A DNA stretch of 55,698 nt from Patescibacteria group bacterium (GTDB lineage Bacteria; Patescibacteriota; Minisyncoccia; Phycocordibacterales; Phycocordibacteraceae). The translations under genes were made by a program, and so were the position numbers. The notes beneath the pieces were generated by a model, which worked only from the letters and a program-made list of their open reading frames with translations, was not told where the DNA came from and made no database searches. The DNA lies in the NCBI GenBank assembly GCA_038057055.1, contig JBBUDY010000017.1:1-55698 (forward strand). The letters run 5' to 3'. Position 1 is the first letter of the stretch. Every line of letters begins with the position of its first letter. Positions 55,021 through 55,698 of the stretch are shown in pieces.

Positions 55021-55536
55021 TTATCGACGCAAGTAGGGGCGGGCGTAGCGGTCGAGACCCCAGTGGCCGGCGACGCGACGTGCGAGGATGATACCGAGCG
55101 CGAGGACGAGCATAATCGGGTTTGTGCTTACAGTGCCCGCCAGGAGGAAGTTGAGATTCATAAAGAAGCCGAAGAATGCAGCGACACCAGTAAAGAGTCC
55201 AACGATGAGCCCGAGCCCAACGAGTAGTTCGCCGACGGCAATGGCGTTGGACCACGTGACGAGGTGGGGGAGCACGGCGCCTTTGAGAAATGCGGCATAC
55301 CACATCTGGACATCGGGATGGAGACCTGTCGTTTTGCCAAGTGCCCCTTGCACGAAGCCTTGCATAGCAGCACCCGCGTCGCCGCCAAACCATGCCGGGT
55401 TTGTCACTTTCTCCCATCCTGCCATAAGCCACTCATAGCCGAGGTAGACGCGGACGACGAGCCAGAAAGGTGCGCTCGCGGTGTTTGTGGTAAAGAAGTT
55501 GGTAAACGCAGATTGCTGGACGGTGTAGGTGTTCAT
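55021..55536 (-). CDS. DoxX-like integral membrane protein
   Basis: Four predicted TM helices. N-terminal FWLVVRVYLGYEWLMAGWEKV resembles DoxX-family starts. Confidence 0.5.
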   Translation of the reverse strand: MNTYTVQQSAFTNFFTTNTASAPFWLVVRVYLGYEWLMAGWEKVTNPAWFGGDAGAAMQGFVQGALGKTTGLHPDVQMWYAAFLKGAVLPHLVTWSNAIAVGELLVGLGLIVGLFTGVAAFFGFFMNLNFLLAGTVSTNPIMLVLALGIILARRVAGHWGLDRYARPYLRR

Positions 55537-55698
55537 GTCTCTATTCTAGAATGTCTTGGACAAAATAAAAGCTCTTCAATTTGATATCCAACGTCGGATT
55601 TGCATATTTCGTAGAGGTGTGTTATGGTAAAAGCTGGTGGTGTTTAGCACCCTCGCCCCTCAAAGTCCCCACCCTGCTTGCGTTAGCGAATAATAACT

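Overview
This 55.7-kb window reads like a small-genome Patescibacteria/CPR-type bacterium. That placement is an inference from gene content and gene-start style, not from a search. No rRNA gene or CRISPR array was seen.

Layout:
1. 0.15-14.5 kb: tRNA-Ser, comFC and a complete type IV pilus locus. It holds pilM, pilN/pilO-like genes, pilB, a CheY-like receiver, pilT, pilC, two major-pilin paralogues, a prepilin peptidase and four prepilin-type minor pilins. A tail-fibre-like S74 protein is embedded in it.
2. 14.5-18.9 kb: ligA, gatC, gatA and a membrane protein.
3. 18.96-36.83 kb: an initiator-type tRNA-Met followed by three copies of an att-like repeat. The repeats delimit a 2.1-kb islet and a ~15.5-kb, visibly AT-richer mobile/defence island. 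The island carries a SMODS/CD-NTase plus 2TM-beta effector pair (minimal CBASS), a large serine recombinase, a TerS-like HTH protein and a ParB-domain methyltransferase. It also carries a tightly coupled five-gene operon: VRR-NUC/HNH nuclease, type III Mod, type III Res, an orphan 1194-aa protein and a 64-aa protein.
4. 36.85-42.6 kb: an NAD salvage regulon (nadV, nadM-Nudix, nrtR with palindromic operators) and a translationally coupled SPFH plus atypical NAD-kinase-like pair.
5. 42.7-55.5 kb: metabolic genes (FNR-like membrane oxidoreductase, shikimate dehydrogenase-like, 2-hydroxyacid dehydrogenase, eno, ppsA, glycerate kinase). A cassette hot spot between the dehydrogenase and eno is littered with decayed copies of both flanking genes.

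Most unusual signals:
- The orphan 1194-aa and 64-aa genes welded onto the type III R-M operon.
- An 18-33-nt GC-rich palindrome (core CCTGCCTGCGCAGGCAGG) inserted in-frame in three housekeeping genes (gatA, eno, glycerate kinase).
- A 7-nt tandem repeat in the leader of a large minor pilin, a candidate phase-variation switch.
- Tandem island accretion at the initiator tRNA.
- A recurrent TATACT-type -10 box only 5-9 nt upstream of start codons, suggesting leaderless mRNAs.
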